Shown in pieces: positions 52,875-63,582 of a stretch of DNA of 64,000 bases. The translations under genes were made by a program, and so were the position numbers. The notes beneath the pieces are model-generated. The model saw nothing but the letters and a program-made list of their open reading frames with translations. It was not told the origin of the DNA and did no database searches. The DNA is taken from the NCBI GenBank assembly GCA_008690995.1, contig VRMN01000001.1, forward strand, positions 186,001 through 250,000. Reading direction: 5' to 3'. This DNA comes from Porphyridium purpureum. Its lineage: Eukaryota. The stretch's first letter is position 1; every line of letters begins with the position of its first letter.

Positions 52875-53717
52875 ATGTCGGCTTTCACGGCGCCGGCATG
52901 GGCGGGAAGCGAGGCGCCGTCGGACGTGTGTCTGGTGGTGCTCAAGGACGGCCTGATGTGCGAGCTCGTCGAGTTCAAGCCGCGCAAGCCGTTTCTTGTG
53001 TTTGGGCAGGATAAGCGCGCCGCGGATATCTTTCTCAATAATCTCAGCGCTGGCCCCGCGCACGCTGTTATGGTCTGGGATACGCGCGGCGCGCTCTTCG
53101 TCATGGATCTGGACTCCGAGCACGGCACGTTCGTGAACGGCGATCGGATCCGACCCAACGCGCGCGTCAAGGTGACCGAGGACGATGCAGTCGTGTTTGC
53201 CAAGAGCTCGCGCGAGTTCAGGCTGCACAGCGATCTGGCGCGAGCTCGGGAAGAGCTTGAGGAGGCCAAGCAGCTCTACAAGAAACGCAAGGAAGAGCGC
53301 GGTACAGACGCTGACGCGTCCAAGAGGAAACATGCAAAGAAGGAAGGCGCCCCGTCTAAACCGAAATTTATTCGCGTTCGCCATTTGCTTGTCAAGCACC
53401 GCGACTCGAGGAACCCATCCAGCTGGAAGAATGAGCACATTACCATTTCTAAAGACGAGGCCGAGGACCAGCTCCGCATGTACATCGATGAGCTCCGAGA
53501 TGCTGAGGCAAGCAACGAGCTCGAGTCCAAGTTCAAAGAAATGGCGTCCAAGCATAGCGACTGCTCGAGCTACAAGAGAGGAGGTGACCTGGGTCCCTTG
53601 GACCCGGCCAAGTTCGACAAGATCTTTGTTGCTGCCGCGCTGGAGCTCAAAGTCAATCAATTGAGCGGTGTAGTATTTACAAACTCTGGCGCGCATGTGA
53701 TATTGCGAATCGAGTAG
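52875..53717 (+). CDS. FHA domain plus Pin1-type parvulin peptidyl-prolyl isomerase
   Basis: FHA-like HA..MDLDSEHGTFVNG. Parvulin RHLLVKHRDSRNPSSWK, SDCSSYKRGGDLG and SGAHVILR. Confidence 0.93.
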   Translation: MSAFTAPAWAGSEAPSDVCLVVLKDGLMCELVEFKPRKPFLVFGQDKRAADIFLNNLSAGPAHAVMVWDTRGALFVMDLDSEHGTFVNGDRIRPNARVKVTEDDAVVFAKSSREFRLHSDLARAREELEEAKQLYKKRKEERGTDADASKRKHAKKEGAPSKPKFIRVRHLLVKHRDSRNPSSWKNEHITISKDEAEDQLRMYIDELRDAEASNELESKFKEMASKHSDCSSYKRGGDLGPLDPAKFDKIFVAAALELKVNQLSGVVFTNSGAHVILRIE

Positions 53718-53755
53718 AGGCGGGCGACTTGTGGTGGGCAACACTGAAAGTGCCA

Positions 53756-56700
53756 TCAGCCTGACTTTGCGCTAACCAGCTTCACGTCGGCGAGCGAGGC
53801 AATTGCGACCTTGGCTATGAGCTGAAGTTTCTGCAACATGCGCTCATATTCTCGCAAGACGTCTGTCCAAACCAAGGTGATCACGGCAGAGGATGGCTCC
53901 CGGACCATTCCCTTGCGCTCCGCCTCGCTCTCGTCCTCGCGCGAGAAAATGTTGAGCGTGCGCTGCGTGCGTACGGTCGGCGGAAAGATGACGTGCTGTT
54001 CTGTATTTGGCGGTTGTGCTAACCGCTCAGGAAGCAGCCGCAGCTCGCCCGCGGCCAGTTCGGTCAGCGAGTTGGCACACTTGACAACTATGCGAGCAAC
54101 GTGTTCCAAAGCCTCCATCACTGCATTGCTGCCCTTTTTCTTTACGATCAATCGCCGCATTTGCGCGAGACAGTACGCAAGCCATAGTATCCCGTACTCT
54201 GCAAGCATGTATATACGTTTTAAGGTCGCAGCGTCTCGTAGCTTTGCCCCATCTTCTTGCACTTTATCCCACGACATTTCCAGCATAAGAACCTGCTTGT
54301 TGAGCGTGTTTGCGCAACTTTCAGAGGATGCATCTTCAAGAAGAATCATCACCATATCGCCGATCTCACAGATCATCCTCATGTATTCAAAAGTATTCAT
54401 AGACGCAGCATCTGGGGAAGCAAACTCATGCATCGCTCGGGCCACGGTGTCGTTGCTTACCAGTGTGTCCAGGTGAACCCGCAGGGTGTCGATCCATGGC
54501 CGCATTCGGCTCATTGACTCGTCACTTTTCTCATCGTCAGCCGCGGTGGCTGTCGTCTTGGCATCCGGTCGTAGTAGGATACACGTTGCCGCGATTTTGT
54601 GTGCAAGAAGCAATGCTTCGAGCGTGATTTGCGCTTCACTCGAAATGGCTTCGCAGCTGCTCCCACCGGCTCCCGCGACCGCACCTGCGTCCTCATCGAG
54701 GGTACTCGATGCCAGCTGTTCGGCCTCAGCGCTGCCGATGTCGACATTCAGAACGGATTTCATATACTTCACACGCTCGTCGTCGGGGCCCTTTGGATCC
54801 CAAATCCCCAAGCAATCGCGATCGTCATTGCGTTTTAAAGCCGCACCCGAAGCACCGGGTTGTAGCACTAACACATCATCTGTCATGTCCAAGATAAATT
54901 GCGCCGCCCGGCGGTCAGTCTCGACTTCTGCGTCACGACTGCTGCTTCGGTGAAGTGCAAATGCAGTTGTGGCTGATCTCAGGTGAACGACCTGTGCGTG
55001 CTTGAAGACGGTTCCGCTCATCAGACGCCGGAAGAACCGAATGAAATCGGCGGTGGCGTCAAGCGAACCCGCACGGAGTGAGCGGATGATACCGTCTGGC
55101 ATGTCCCGCAGCGCTTCATCTTTCAGCGAATCAATGTCAGTGACGAGCTCCAAGCACTCGCGTGTAAGACCGAAATCCGAAACTGCCGCCAGCACCCAAT
55201 GGCTCATCGACGCAAACTGGACATGCTTAATATCCAGCGAGCGCCACACACCGTACGCCGCCCGGGCGCAGCCTAGCTGCAAAAGTAACTGGATCTGGCG
55301 CAGCTTGAAGTCAAAATTGAAGGGACTATACCGTAGTCCGATATCCAGGAGCGCAATCGAGCTCACCACGGACCCGAGCGCATGCTGGTTTGAGCTGACC
55401 GCGCTCGAGCTTTGATCACCATTTTCAGTGAGTGACGAACACGAAACCTCCTTGCCGTGCTGTGGCGTTGATAAGTATTCCACTGCGAGGAGCAAAAAAC
55501 TGTCGGAAGTTTGGCGTTCCGTGCTCTCAAGTTCAGGAACAAGTCCGCCAAAATAAATGTCCACCAAGTTCTGTGGTAACAGGTGCGTTTGGGCGACGTC
55601 GCTGGACAGCGGGAAGTCAGCAAACTTTTGCAAGCTGCGCAGCAAGAAATAGATATTGAATCGTCTTTGCAAGTGAGACCCTCCGGTGTTCGCATCGTCG
55701 GGGCCCTTCTGGGTTTCGTCACCACCCAGTTCTGAAACCCGATGTTCCAGCTCGCTTTGCACTTGCGCTCTACCTTCGCGGTCCAGAAGCCATATAAATT
55801 GTATCACGTCGTTTCCACAAACTGCTTTGGAACCAAAGCGCTCCAAGTAGTTCAGTAGAGCGGCGACCACCTTGGTGTTTGGCTCACGCTTGCGGAATAG
55901 AAGAAGTATGCGCGCCAAGAACGGCGCACGCGACGAGCGAGCCAAGGCACTTTCACATGCTTCATTCACCACTCGTTCAATGGCATCAACGCTACGTTCG
56001 CACATGAAGAGAACCACCCAGTACTGCCAATTATCAACATTGTGCTTGAGCAGCAGCGTCTCGCACGACTTTGCCACCTGAGCATGTTCATGCGCCGCAA
56101 GGTTTACCCTCAACATCATCTCCTCGCGCTCGCTGTCCAATTTGAACTTGTCTCCGTTCTCAGACAAAAGTTGCAGCGCCTTTCCCGGTTCCTGCAGCTC
56201 AATGAGCATCCCCACAACAAAACGCAACGCCTCGGCCCGGTTCATGTGGTCTGGGTGCTGCGTCCAGACTTTGAGCGCCATCGCTATGAGGAGCGGCTTT
56301 AGGCGGGCGTCCTTTTCGGAAACGTTTTCTTGCGTGACTTGCATATAGAGCGCAACAGTTGTGTACCAAATCAACAGTTCGTGCGACGTCCGCAGAGGAC
56401 TTTTGAGCATGCGCTGTGCAATTCTGTGCGCCGCGGAAGAGTCGCCATAGATAAGCGCGGTTGCGTAAGCAGTGTCCATGATGCGCAACGAGGACTTTGC
56501 GAGGTGCGACTTTGGCAGCGCCTGGATCGCGGTCAGCGCGCGATTGAACAGGTCCTCAAACATGCCGAGCATGCGTCCAATTTGGCGGGTATCTCTCAAG
56601 TACACTTGCAGATGAAACGCGGCGCACGGATCAATATGCTCGCGAAGGTGCGGATCGTCCAGCATCTTATGCACGAGCGCATCGGCGTGCGCGCGCGATC

Positions 56701-56938
56701 CCATGCGCAGGAACGCCATCGCCTTGAGCGCTCGTGCCGCGAGCTGGCATCCCAACCCATCCGCCCCCGCCTTGCCCGCGGCCTTGGCACTCCCACCGAC
56801 AGCCCTGCCGATCTCCTTCTCGTCGAGCTTGCTCGCAAGCCGCAGCGCCTGCTTGTAATTCAGCGCGCTCAGCGCATCCACCACGGGCCGCAACCGCCGC
56901 TCCACATCGGCGTCCATTGTGCCGGCCGCATTCTGCAT
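53756..56938 (-). CDS. NAA25: NatB N-terminal acetyltransferase auxiliary subunit
   Basis: ERRLRPVVDAL...NYKQAL, DNWQYW, RAPFLA, FGSKAVC and SPFNFDFKL..LG..LDIKHVQ. Confidence 0.9.
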   Translation of the reverse strand: MQNAAGTMDADVERRLRPVVDALSALNYKQALRLASKLDEKEIGRAVGGSAKAAGKAGADGLGCQLAARALKAMAFLRMGSRAHADALVHKMLDDPHLREHIDPCAAFHLQVYLRDTRQIGRMLGMFEDLFNRALTAIQALPKSHLAKSSLRIMDTAYATALIYGDSSAAHRIAQRMLKSPLRTSHELLIWYTTVALYMQVTQENVSEKDARLKPLLIAMALKVWTQHPDHMNRAEALRFVVGMLIELQEPGKALQLLSENGDKFKLDSEREEMMLRVNLAAHEHAQVAKSCETLLLKHNVDNWQYWVVLFMCERSVDAIERVVNEACESALARSSRAPFLARILLLFRKREPNTKVVAALLNYLERFGSKAVCGNDVIQFIWLLDREGRAQVQSELEHRVSELGGDETQKGPDDANTGGSHLQRRFNIYFLLRSLQKFADFPLSSDVAQTHLLPQNLVDIYFGGLVPELESTERQTSDSFLLLAVEYLSTPQHGKEVSCSSLTENGDQSSSAVSSNQHALGSVVSSIALLDIGLRYSPFNFDFKLRQIQLLLQLGCARAAYGVWRSLDIKHVQFASMSHWVLAAVSDFGLTRECLELVTDIDSLKDEALRDMPDGIIRSLRAGSLDATADFIRFFRRLMSGTVFKHAQVVHLRSATTAFALHRSSSRDAEVETDRRAAQFILDMTDDVLVLQPGASGAALKRNDDRDCLGIWDPKGPDDERVKYMKSVLNVDIGSAEAEQLASSTLDEDAGAVAGAGGSSCEAISSEAQITLEALLLAHKIAATCILLRPDAKTTATAADDEKSDESMSRMRPWIDTLRVHLDTLVSNDTVARAMHEFASPDAASMNTFEYMRMICEIGDMVMILLEDASSESCANTLNKQVLMLEMSWDKVQEDGAKLRDAATLKRIYMLAEYGILWLAYCLAQMRRLIVKKKGSNAVMEALEHVARIVVKCANSLTELAAGELRLLPERLAQPPNTEQHVIFPPTVRTQRTLNIFSREDESEAERKGMVREPSSAVITLVWTDVLREYERMLQKLQLIAKVAIASLADVKLVSAKSG

Positions 56939-57422
56939 CCTCCGTCCACTCCGATCCTCACACACTCGCCTGTCTCTCTCCCTCCTTCCTTCCCTTTCTC
57001 CCTCCCCTTCGCCTTCTTCTCCTTCGCCCCACTGAAAAACAAAAAAATGTTCCTCGCGCGGCGCAGCACTGTACACACTGTACCTTATTCCATTTCGTGC
57101 TATACACGTAACGCTACTTCAATAGACGTTTTCTGCGTGCGCCTAGTAATCACACAAAAGCACGTTTTAATAGCAACCATAAAAAAGTACAGTCGGCGTG
57201 TTCACCTTGCGACGGCGACAATCACAATGGACAAGTAACGCAGTTTTGTCAGATAAAGTACAGTGCGTACAGTGGCGGAACGGTTTGAGTCCGGGGGAGG
57301 GGGGCGGAGTGGGTGGCGGGTTGAGAGGGGGGCGTGGGTTGGTTGGTGCATGAGATATGGCGAGTGGGTGTGCCTGGACTGCGGTCGTGCGCGTCGTGCG
57401 TCGGTAGCGCGCGCGTGCGCGC

Positions 57423-58856
57423 ATGTGCGCGGTAGAGATGGACACGTACGAAAAGGTGGAGCGCGCTCTCGCGGCGCCGCTGCTGGAAGGCAGTGATGAG
57501 TGTGTTGGCGATCTCGACGCGCCGACGCGTGACTTTGAGCGGCGCGAGCTGCAGCGCGTGCGGCAATGGGCTGATGACAATGACAAGCGGGGTGTCAAAG
57601 AGCCAGGACGTGGTCTGTTTATGCTCGATCCGGCGGTCACTTTTCTTGCGCACGGAAGTTATGGCGCGGTGAGCGCGTGCGTGTATAATATCGGCGTGGA
57701 GTGGCGCTTGCTGATGGAGCGACAGCCCGTGCGATTCTTTTATGACACACTGTACCCGTATATAGTGCGCAGCCTGCGCAGTTTGGCCGCGCACTTCGGC
57801 CTGTCCCGGGCAAGCAATCTGGCGCTTGTGCCAAATGTCGAGTTTGGCGTGCAGAGCGTGCTCAGGTCGCTGCGGTTAGCAGCAGATGACCTCGTTGTCT
57901 CATGGAGTGATATTTTGTACGGTGCAAATATGCACATGTTGCGGGTTTTGCAACACGAGCAAGGTTTTCAGCTTGCCTTGTTCCCGATAGCTGCGCATGT
58001 GCCGCTCACGCGCAATGGGCCGGATGAGCAGGATGCATTCGTCGAATATGTGGTGGCTGAGATTCACAACGCGGTGCGGACAAGCGCTGCCAGCCAATTC
58101 AAGCGTGTGGTATGCTTCTTTGAGCACGTGTCCTCGCCTAGTGCGATTGTGTTTCCTCTCGCCAAGCTGTGCCGCGCGTTCAGAGAGCACGATGTCATTT
58201 CTGTTGTAGACGGTGCACATGCCCTGGGAATGTTCGCTTGGCGCGACACGCCGCTGGATGCGATGCACGTGGATTTCTATGTCACAAACGCGCACAAATG
58301 GTTGTGCAATTTGAGAGGCGCGGCAGTGCTATACGTGGCATCCGAAGAAATGCTTCGACAAGTTCGACCGCTTGTGATCAGCTGGGGATTTCCTCGCGGC
58401 TTTCAAAGTTCCTTTATCTGGACGGGCACGCTTGACTATACGCCGTTCATCACGCTGTGGGCTGCGCTTCGTGTGTTTGATCTGCTGGGAGGTGTCAAGA
58501 ATGTAACGCAGCGCAGTGCGCGGCTGCTCCATGATTCAGCTGCGCGAATGGTGCAGTTGGGTGCTATTACAGGCGTCCTGCAGTCCGACTGCGAAAGTTT
58601 GGCGATGCTCTGTGTACGCGTCGCTCCAGAGATCACAGCTTGGTGCGAGAAACAAGGCTCCACGGGCAATCTGCATGACATTCTGCTCGCGCGCTTTGCA
58701 ATTGAAGTGCCTGCATTCCAGTTTTTGGACAGAGGCCAGTTCTTGAGGCTGTCTGCTCACGCATACGTTGAGGAGCGCGACCTGATGCAGTTAGAGAATG
58801 CGCTGTGCAACCTGCTCAACGAATCGAGCGGGCGAGCAAATAGCGCTCATTCTTGA
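57423..58856 (+). CDS. Class-V PLP enzyme, Egt2 / L-cysteine desulfhydrase / isopenicillin-N-epimerase-like (start 57423 or 57438)
   Basis: FLAHGSYGA, EHVSSP, VDGAHALG, DFYVTNAHKWL, PLVISWG, WTGTLDY and LRLSAHAY. Confidence 0.9.
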   Translation: MCAVEMDTYEKVERALAAPLLEGSDECVGDLDAPTRDFERRELQRVRQWADDNDKRGVKEPGRGLFMLDPAVTFLAHGSYGAVSACVYNIGVEWRLLMERQPVRFFYDTLYPYIVRSLRSLAAHFGLSRASNLALVPNVEFGVQSVLRSLRLAADDLVVSWSDILYGANMHMLRVLQHEQGFQLALFPIAAHVPLTRNGPDEQDAFVEYVVAEIHNAVRTSAASQFKRVVCFFEHVSSPSAIVFPLAKLCRAFREHDVISVVDGAHALGMFAWRDTPLDAMHVDFYVTNAHKWLCNLRGAAVLYVASEEMLRQVRPLVISWGFPRGFQSSFIWTGTLDYTPFITLWAALRVFDLLGGVKNVTQRSARLLHDSAARMVQLGAITGVLQSDCESLAMLCVRVAPEITAWCEKQGSTGNLHDILLARFAIEVPAFQFLDRGQFLRLSAHAYVEERDLMQLENALCNLLNESSGRANSAHS

Positions 58857-61800
58857 ACGCAAAGGCGGTCCAGATAATCGCTGGATGTCTCTCCTTCACG
58901 GCGGCGGTCTCGACCTGAAAGCGCGAGCTCACCCTTGACTGCAATTCGATCAAGGATCTGCCGCCACTCATATGATTTCTGCAGGACAGCATCGGAGCCA
59001 AACATATACAGAGCAGACCGTGCGCGAGAACTTAGTACATTGATTCGGCGGGCATCGCATAGAAAGTTGGACGGCATATCCGTAGGCCGAGTCTTGACGA
59101 GACTGATGAGCACAACTTCTCTCTCCAATCCTTGATATTCGTCGACAGTGGCCACTTCAACAGCGGAAACTGTCTCAGCAAGACCATGGCAACCCTGCTC
59201 CGCCAGGTGCATCCAATGGCTCTCCAAATGTTTTCGTATGAGCTCCTTCTGCGCCCGGTACGGTGTCAGAATTGCGATTTCGTCCGGCGGAATCTTGCTC
59301 ACGACCACAAGAAAAGCGGAAAAGGAAACGATCTGGGCGCATTCCGCTGGATTTGTTTCCGACTCGAACCTCTTGCTCACGGGTGCTTCAGCCATCGCGG
59401 TGCACTTTGAGCACCCTGAGACTGTGGCGCGGTCGCTATTGATGAACTGCAAAAAATGCGAGACGTGCTCAGGATGCTTCCAATCAGAGCTACGGTTGAG
59501 ATCTTTCAAAGTCTGCGTTCCGCTCGAAACGCTGTAGCGGAATCGGTACAGGTTGGCTAGTTCATGGCGCGCGCGTGCTTGGTAGTCGAGCAGAATTGGA
59601 GGCACCCCGATGCGGCGAAAACGAGAAAAGAGCGGCTGCGCAAAATTCCCGTAGTCCCGAATGTGCTCGTCCACGACAAGCGGCGGAAGCTGTAAATCAT
59701 CTCCGACTAGCATCAATCTTTCTGGGCACAGTGCAAGTAAGGGGAAGCTTTCGAGTTCGTTTGCGCGCCCGGCCTCTTCAACTACCGCGGCGTAAACTCG
59801 CGCTCCAACTTGGCGCATCTTCTCATACTTGCCCGCCAGGCAAGCAAATGTTGCCGCGATGACCTGCGGTGAGTTTGAGCCCGAGAGGAGGGCGTTTTCC
59901 GCATGCCCATAGCGAAACTCGCGCATACTCCTTTTCGCCGCGGCGATCCGAATCCATACTCTCTTTAGCGCGGCAAAGTCTTCAAGCTCGTCACAGCCAT
60001 GCTGTCGCGTGGTCCCGGACGGGCGCTGAAGGAATTTAGCAAAATGCTCTATCCTCTCAAAGATTTGATCCTCGTCTGCTTCATTTTGACTGACAAGCAG
60101 AGCTTCCAAGTGTGCTCCTCTCGTTGAAGCGAGGAAAGAACCTGCTTCAAAGCTTGACACCTCACACGCGCTTCCGGACATGGTGCAAAGTGAGTCCAGA
60201 AGTGCACCCCATGCGTCGCACAATGGACATGCTCGCTCACAAAAATCGAGTTTGGACGCGAGCTCGATGAGAATGTCCCGGTCGCTTATCATCTGCTTTT
60301 TCAATACCTTTTGCTCGGCGTCGAGTGCAAAAGCTTCCGCCCCTGGGAGCACACAAAATCCTCCAAGACGAGTGATGACGTTCCGCGCAACCACCTTGTC
60401 GTCTTGTAGCAAATGTGCGGTGCGAAGAAGAAGCTGATCAAGAGCCAAATTGGATTGGGTAACAAGCAAGACAAAACATGGTCGTTCTTGCCGTGACACT
60501 TTGTGCTCTTCCAATAGGCATCTGAATGCGTGGCTGGCACAGTGCGCGGCAGTTAGCGTCTTTCCACAGCCAGGTGGTCCTATGACGACGGTTAGCTGCT
60601 GGTAGACACTCGAGTAAACGGCTTGCTGTTGCGCGTGATACAAGTCAGAAAGATGCAGGTTCGACTGGCGGACACGGGCAAGTCCGCCTGTTTTCGAGCG
60701 CACTTGAAGTTCATCGTTCAGGCTGTGGTCCTGTACTAGCCTTGCAGATATTTCAAAGGCCTCCGACAGCGAATCCATGTCAGACAATACGTCATTCGCT
60801 GTTGAAGAGTTGCAAAACGTGAGATATGCGCCGAATTCGCGCTGCGAGACGCTTGGATCTCGCACACGAAGCAGAAATCGCCATTCGTCGTCCGATGATG
60901 GGTTCACTTTGCCGAGGAATAACTTGGTTAATGGGAAGCGTGCGAGCTCGTCTTCCATTTCATTGTCGTAGAGACCTGCGCGGGCTCCTTGAGCTGCATG
61001 ATTGTGGAATAACGACAAGACCACCTGCACAAGGCGCCAGTACGTCGACCCGGCCGCCGCAGGTACGAGCTGTAGGTGAAGCACGTCCGAAGCGCTCTTA
61101 CAATTGTACACACATGCTTCGCTCGCACCATTTTCCAATTGACCCTGCTCAGAGCTACAGCGGTCAGTCCATTTTCGTAACTCCTGCAACTCATTCACGC
61201 TGTTCAGACGCATGCTAAAGCCTACTTGATCCTTGCGTGCCTGGCATTTGTGTACTTGAATGAGCGCAGGAATGAAAATTGGGTATGTTCCATCTTCCAT
61301 CTGCGTGCCGTTTAGAAAAATAAAGGAACTGTTCTTTCTTGCGAGCAAGGCATTCCACTCGCTTGGGGACAGCGTTGCTCGATGTTTGTCATTCAGAATG
61401 GTCATAGAAAAGTCTAGATCATCACGAGTCTCCGCCTGCGTAATGCTGCAAACAGGCGTGCGCATGTGGGTTTCCTGAGATTTGCTGTTCAATAGTTCCT
61501 GAACAAACAAAATTTTGGCCAGAATGAGCACGCGCATCAGATAATCTTTCACGCTTACAAAGTACGTTCCCAGTCTTGGCACGTACACGTCTTTGGCAAT
61601 CACTGCATTCACAAAGGCTGTACTCGCGAAGCCTGAATCACATCCAATAGCGTGGAGCCATTCTCTGTCATGCTTGGCCAAAACTGCTTCGACATGATCG
61701 TTTCTTGTGTGCACGCCGCACACTGCGCGAAGCGTCGAGGCCGCTGCGTACGAGCGTCGCGATGTATTGCCTGGATCTCTGTCACAAAAGTCTAAAATAA

Positions 61801-62857
61801 GGTTCAGCGCATCGTTAGCTTTCACCCTCTTGACCGCGTGCGAGGTTGGTGCCAAGTAGAGCTGCCATGCCAACATTTCGCCGGTCATGAATGAAGAGCA
61901 GATGTTAACAAAGCTTTCAATCGCCGGCGGGAATAGATTGGAGCGGCACTGCACCTTTGTCGCTTGCACGCTGGGAAGAAAGCACATGCATGTGCCCGGC
62001 GACTTGGATCCCACGTACTCGAGAATATCGTAAACCAGTATACCAAGTGGTGAATCAATGCGAGGCTGCCTAGTCAGCGCACTTACGAGAATGCTGCGCA
62101 ACGGTACCAGCACACGCCGAAGATTTTCTCGAACGTCATGTGAGAGCAAAAGGCGTGCCTGAACGCACATGTCCTGGTGCTTGATTTCCGGGTGAGGGGC
62201 CAGGAGACACAAAGTTTCTCCCATGCACGGAAAGCCATTTCCATCCGGGTCGCTGGCACTGAGGGAGCGTCGCGGAAGGACTAGCAGCGAACGAGCGAGA
62301 TCAAGGCAAAGGTCCTTCCCAAAAACGCCGGCGAGTTCGTTCCGAAGCTGAGAGTTGGTCTCCGATGCGTTAAAGTTCAGCGCACAGTCTTCGAGGAAGA
62401 CAACCAACTTGTGCACGAAAAGGCACGTTCGGACACCCACGCCTGCTGCCGTTTTCTTTCGCAGCCACGCAAAATGTGAGAACAGTAGCCAGAGTGCGGT
62501 CTTCCGCTCACTTTTGTGATCAAATCTGGCAGTCGAGGAAGCCAAGAGCCGCAAGTAGTGCAGCACGCGCTGCGGATTTACCACAACAAGACTCAGCGTC
62601 ACAAACAGCAAATGTGCACTCGGCTTTCTTGCAAACAGCGCCTCGTCTAGGATCGCCGGAACGCATATTCGCTCGACGAGCTCGCGTTTCTCCAGCACCG
62701 CCGCACGTGACGTCGCACGACCGCCATGCTCCTCTGGCACATGCAAGTACGCGTACACATGCTGCAAAAACTCTGTCGCGTTCGCTTGGTTTGACAACCA
62801 GTGCTCTGAACGCTCCAAGCGCGCGGCAATCTTTTGCACGCCCCACGGCCCAGCCAT
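58847..62857 (-). CDS. AQR: Divergent Aquarius/IBP160 spliceosomal SF1 RNA helicase
   Basis: GPPGCGKT, VTQSNLALDQL, EEAG, GDDLQLPP, TVDEYQG and RRINV. AQR-like blocks QPLFSRFRRIGVP..LDYQARAR..LANLYRFRY and PRLGTYFVSVKDYLMR. Confidence 0.8.
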   Translation of the reverse strand: MAGPWGVQKIAARLERSEHWLSNQANATEFLQHVYAYLHVPEEHGGRATSRAAVLEKRELVERICVPAILDEALFARKPSAHLLFVTLSLVVVNPQRVLHYLRLLASSTARFDHKSERKTALWLLFSHFAWLRKKTAAGVGVRTCLFVHKLVVFLEDCALNFNASETNSQLRNELAGVFGKDLCLDLARSLLVLPRRSLSASDPDGNGFPCMGETLCLLAPHPEIKHQDMCVQARLLLSHDVRENLRRVLVPLRSILVSALTRQPRIDSPLGILVYDILEYVGSKSPGTCMCFLPSVQATKVQCRSNLFPPAIESFVNICSSFMTGEMLAWQLYLAPTSHAVKRVKANDALNLILDFCDRDPGNTSRRSYAAASTLRAVCGVHTRNDHVEAVLAKHDREWLHAIGCDSGFASTAFVNAVIAKDVYVPRLGTYFVSVKDYLMRVLILAKILFVQELLNSKSQETHMRTPVCSITQAETRDDLDFSMTILNDKHRATLSPSEWNALLARKNSSFIFLNGTQMEDGTYPIFIPALIQVHKCQARKDQVGFSMRLNSVNELQELRKWTDRCSSEQGQLENGASEACVYNCKSASDVLHLQLVPAAAGSTYWRLVQVVLSLFHNHAAQGARAGLYDNEMEDELARFPLTKLFLGKVNPSSDDEWRFLLRVRDPSVSQREFGAYLTFCNSSTANDVLSDMDSLSEAFEISARLVQDHSLNDELQVRSKTGGLARVRQSNLHLSDLYHAQQQAVYSSVYQQLTVVIGPPGCGKTLTAAHCASHAFRCLLEEHKVSRQERPCFVLLVTQSNLALDQLLLRTAHLLQDDKVVARNVITRLGGFCVLPGAEAFALDAEQKVLKKQMISDRDILIELASKLDFCERACPLCDAWGALLDSLCTMSGSACEVSSFEAGSFLASTRGAHLEALLVSQNEADEDQIFERIEHFAKFLQRPSGTTRQHGCDELEDFAALKRVWIRIAAAKRSMREFRYGHAENALLSGSNSPQVIAATFACLAGKYEKMRQVGARVYAAVVEEAGRANELESFPLLALCPERLMLVGDDLQLPPLVVDEHIRDYGNFAQPLFSRFRRIGVPPILLDYQARARHELANLYRFRYSVSSGTQTLKDLNRSSDWKHPEHVSHFLQFINSDRATVSGCSKCTAMAEAPVSKRFESETNPAECAQIVSFSAFLVVVSKIPPDEIAILTPYRAQKELIRKHLESHWMHLAEQGCHGLAETVSAVEVATVDEYQGLEREVVLISLVKTRPTDMPSNFLCDARRINVLSSRARSALYMFGSDAVLQKSYEWRQILDRIAVKGELALSGRDRRREGETSSDYLDRLCVQE

Positions 62858-63582
62858 CCGCCTTGCTCAAGTCCGACGGCGCGCGCTTCGGCGCCACTAA
62901 ACACACTTCTGACGCCGCAGACGAAGAGGAAGAAGAATCATGTCACGGCGATCAAGCAAGTCTTGCGCAGCTGCAGGCGAAGGCACACGGGAAAATTCTT
63001 GCCTGCGCAGTCGTATTCCGCTTTGCGCGACGACGTAATTGCCGCTGCAATGGAATTGGCTCTTCCTGAAACGTACCTTCGGGATGCGACCGCTGTCGCA
63101 TTTGCTCTTTGACGATGACGGTGTTGCTGACGCCAGCCTTGTATGACTCGAAATGCAACGGAAGGGAGCTCTCTTCGGATTGCGGCCTTCGGAAAGATTG
63201 CATCCGGAGTTTTCAGATATGTTAGATTTATTCTTTGCACCCGTCCAGAGGTCTACGGCTTCTGCACGTGCGTCGGACTTGGCACGTGGCTCGAACCATG
63301 AACCGCAGGCAACGCTCCCTTTGGCTCGCCTTCGTTCAGGATGAGGAAAAGAGGTCAGTGCGGCTTTCAAGGTAGAGCAAATCTTGACGTTTGTACCTCA
63401 CTCCCCGCCTGGTCCGCCCATTTTGTGACTTGCCTCGCATGGATTCCGTACTTTCGGATCTACCAAGATGTCTGCTTCATCCAGTGCTCCTTCGCGATGC
63501 GCAGGCACGGCGTGTTCTCGAAAGCAAAGCGTCGATGATATTTCTCTCCGTACATGTAAAGTCATGAAATTGTACAAGGTTG

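Noticed and set aside
62897..63370. 157-aa minus-strand ORF upstream of Aquarius
   Set aside because: Non-ATG start, no motif or codon bias; probably UTR or promoter.
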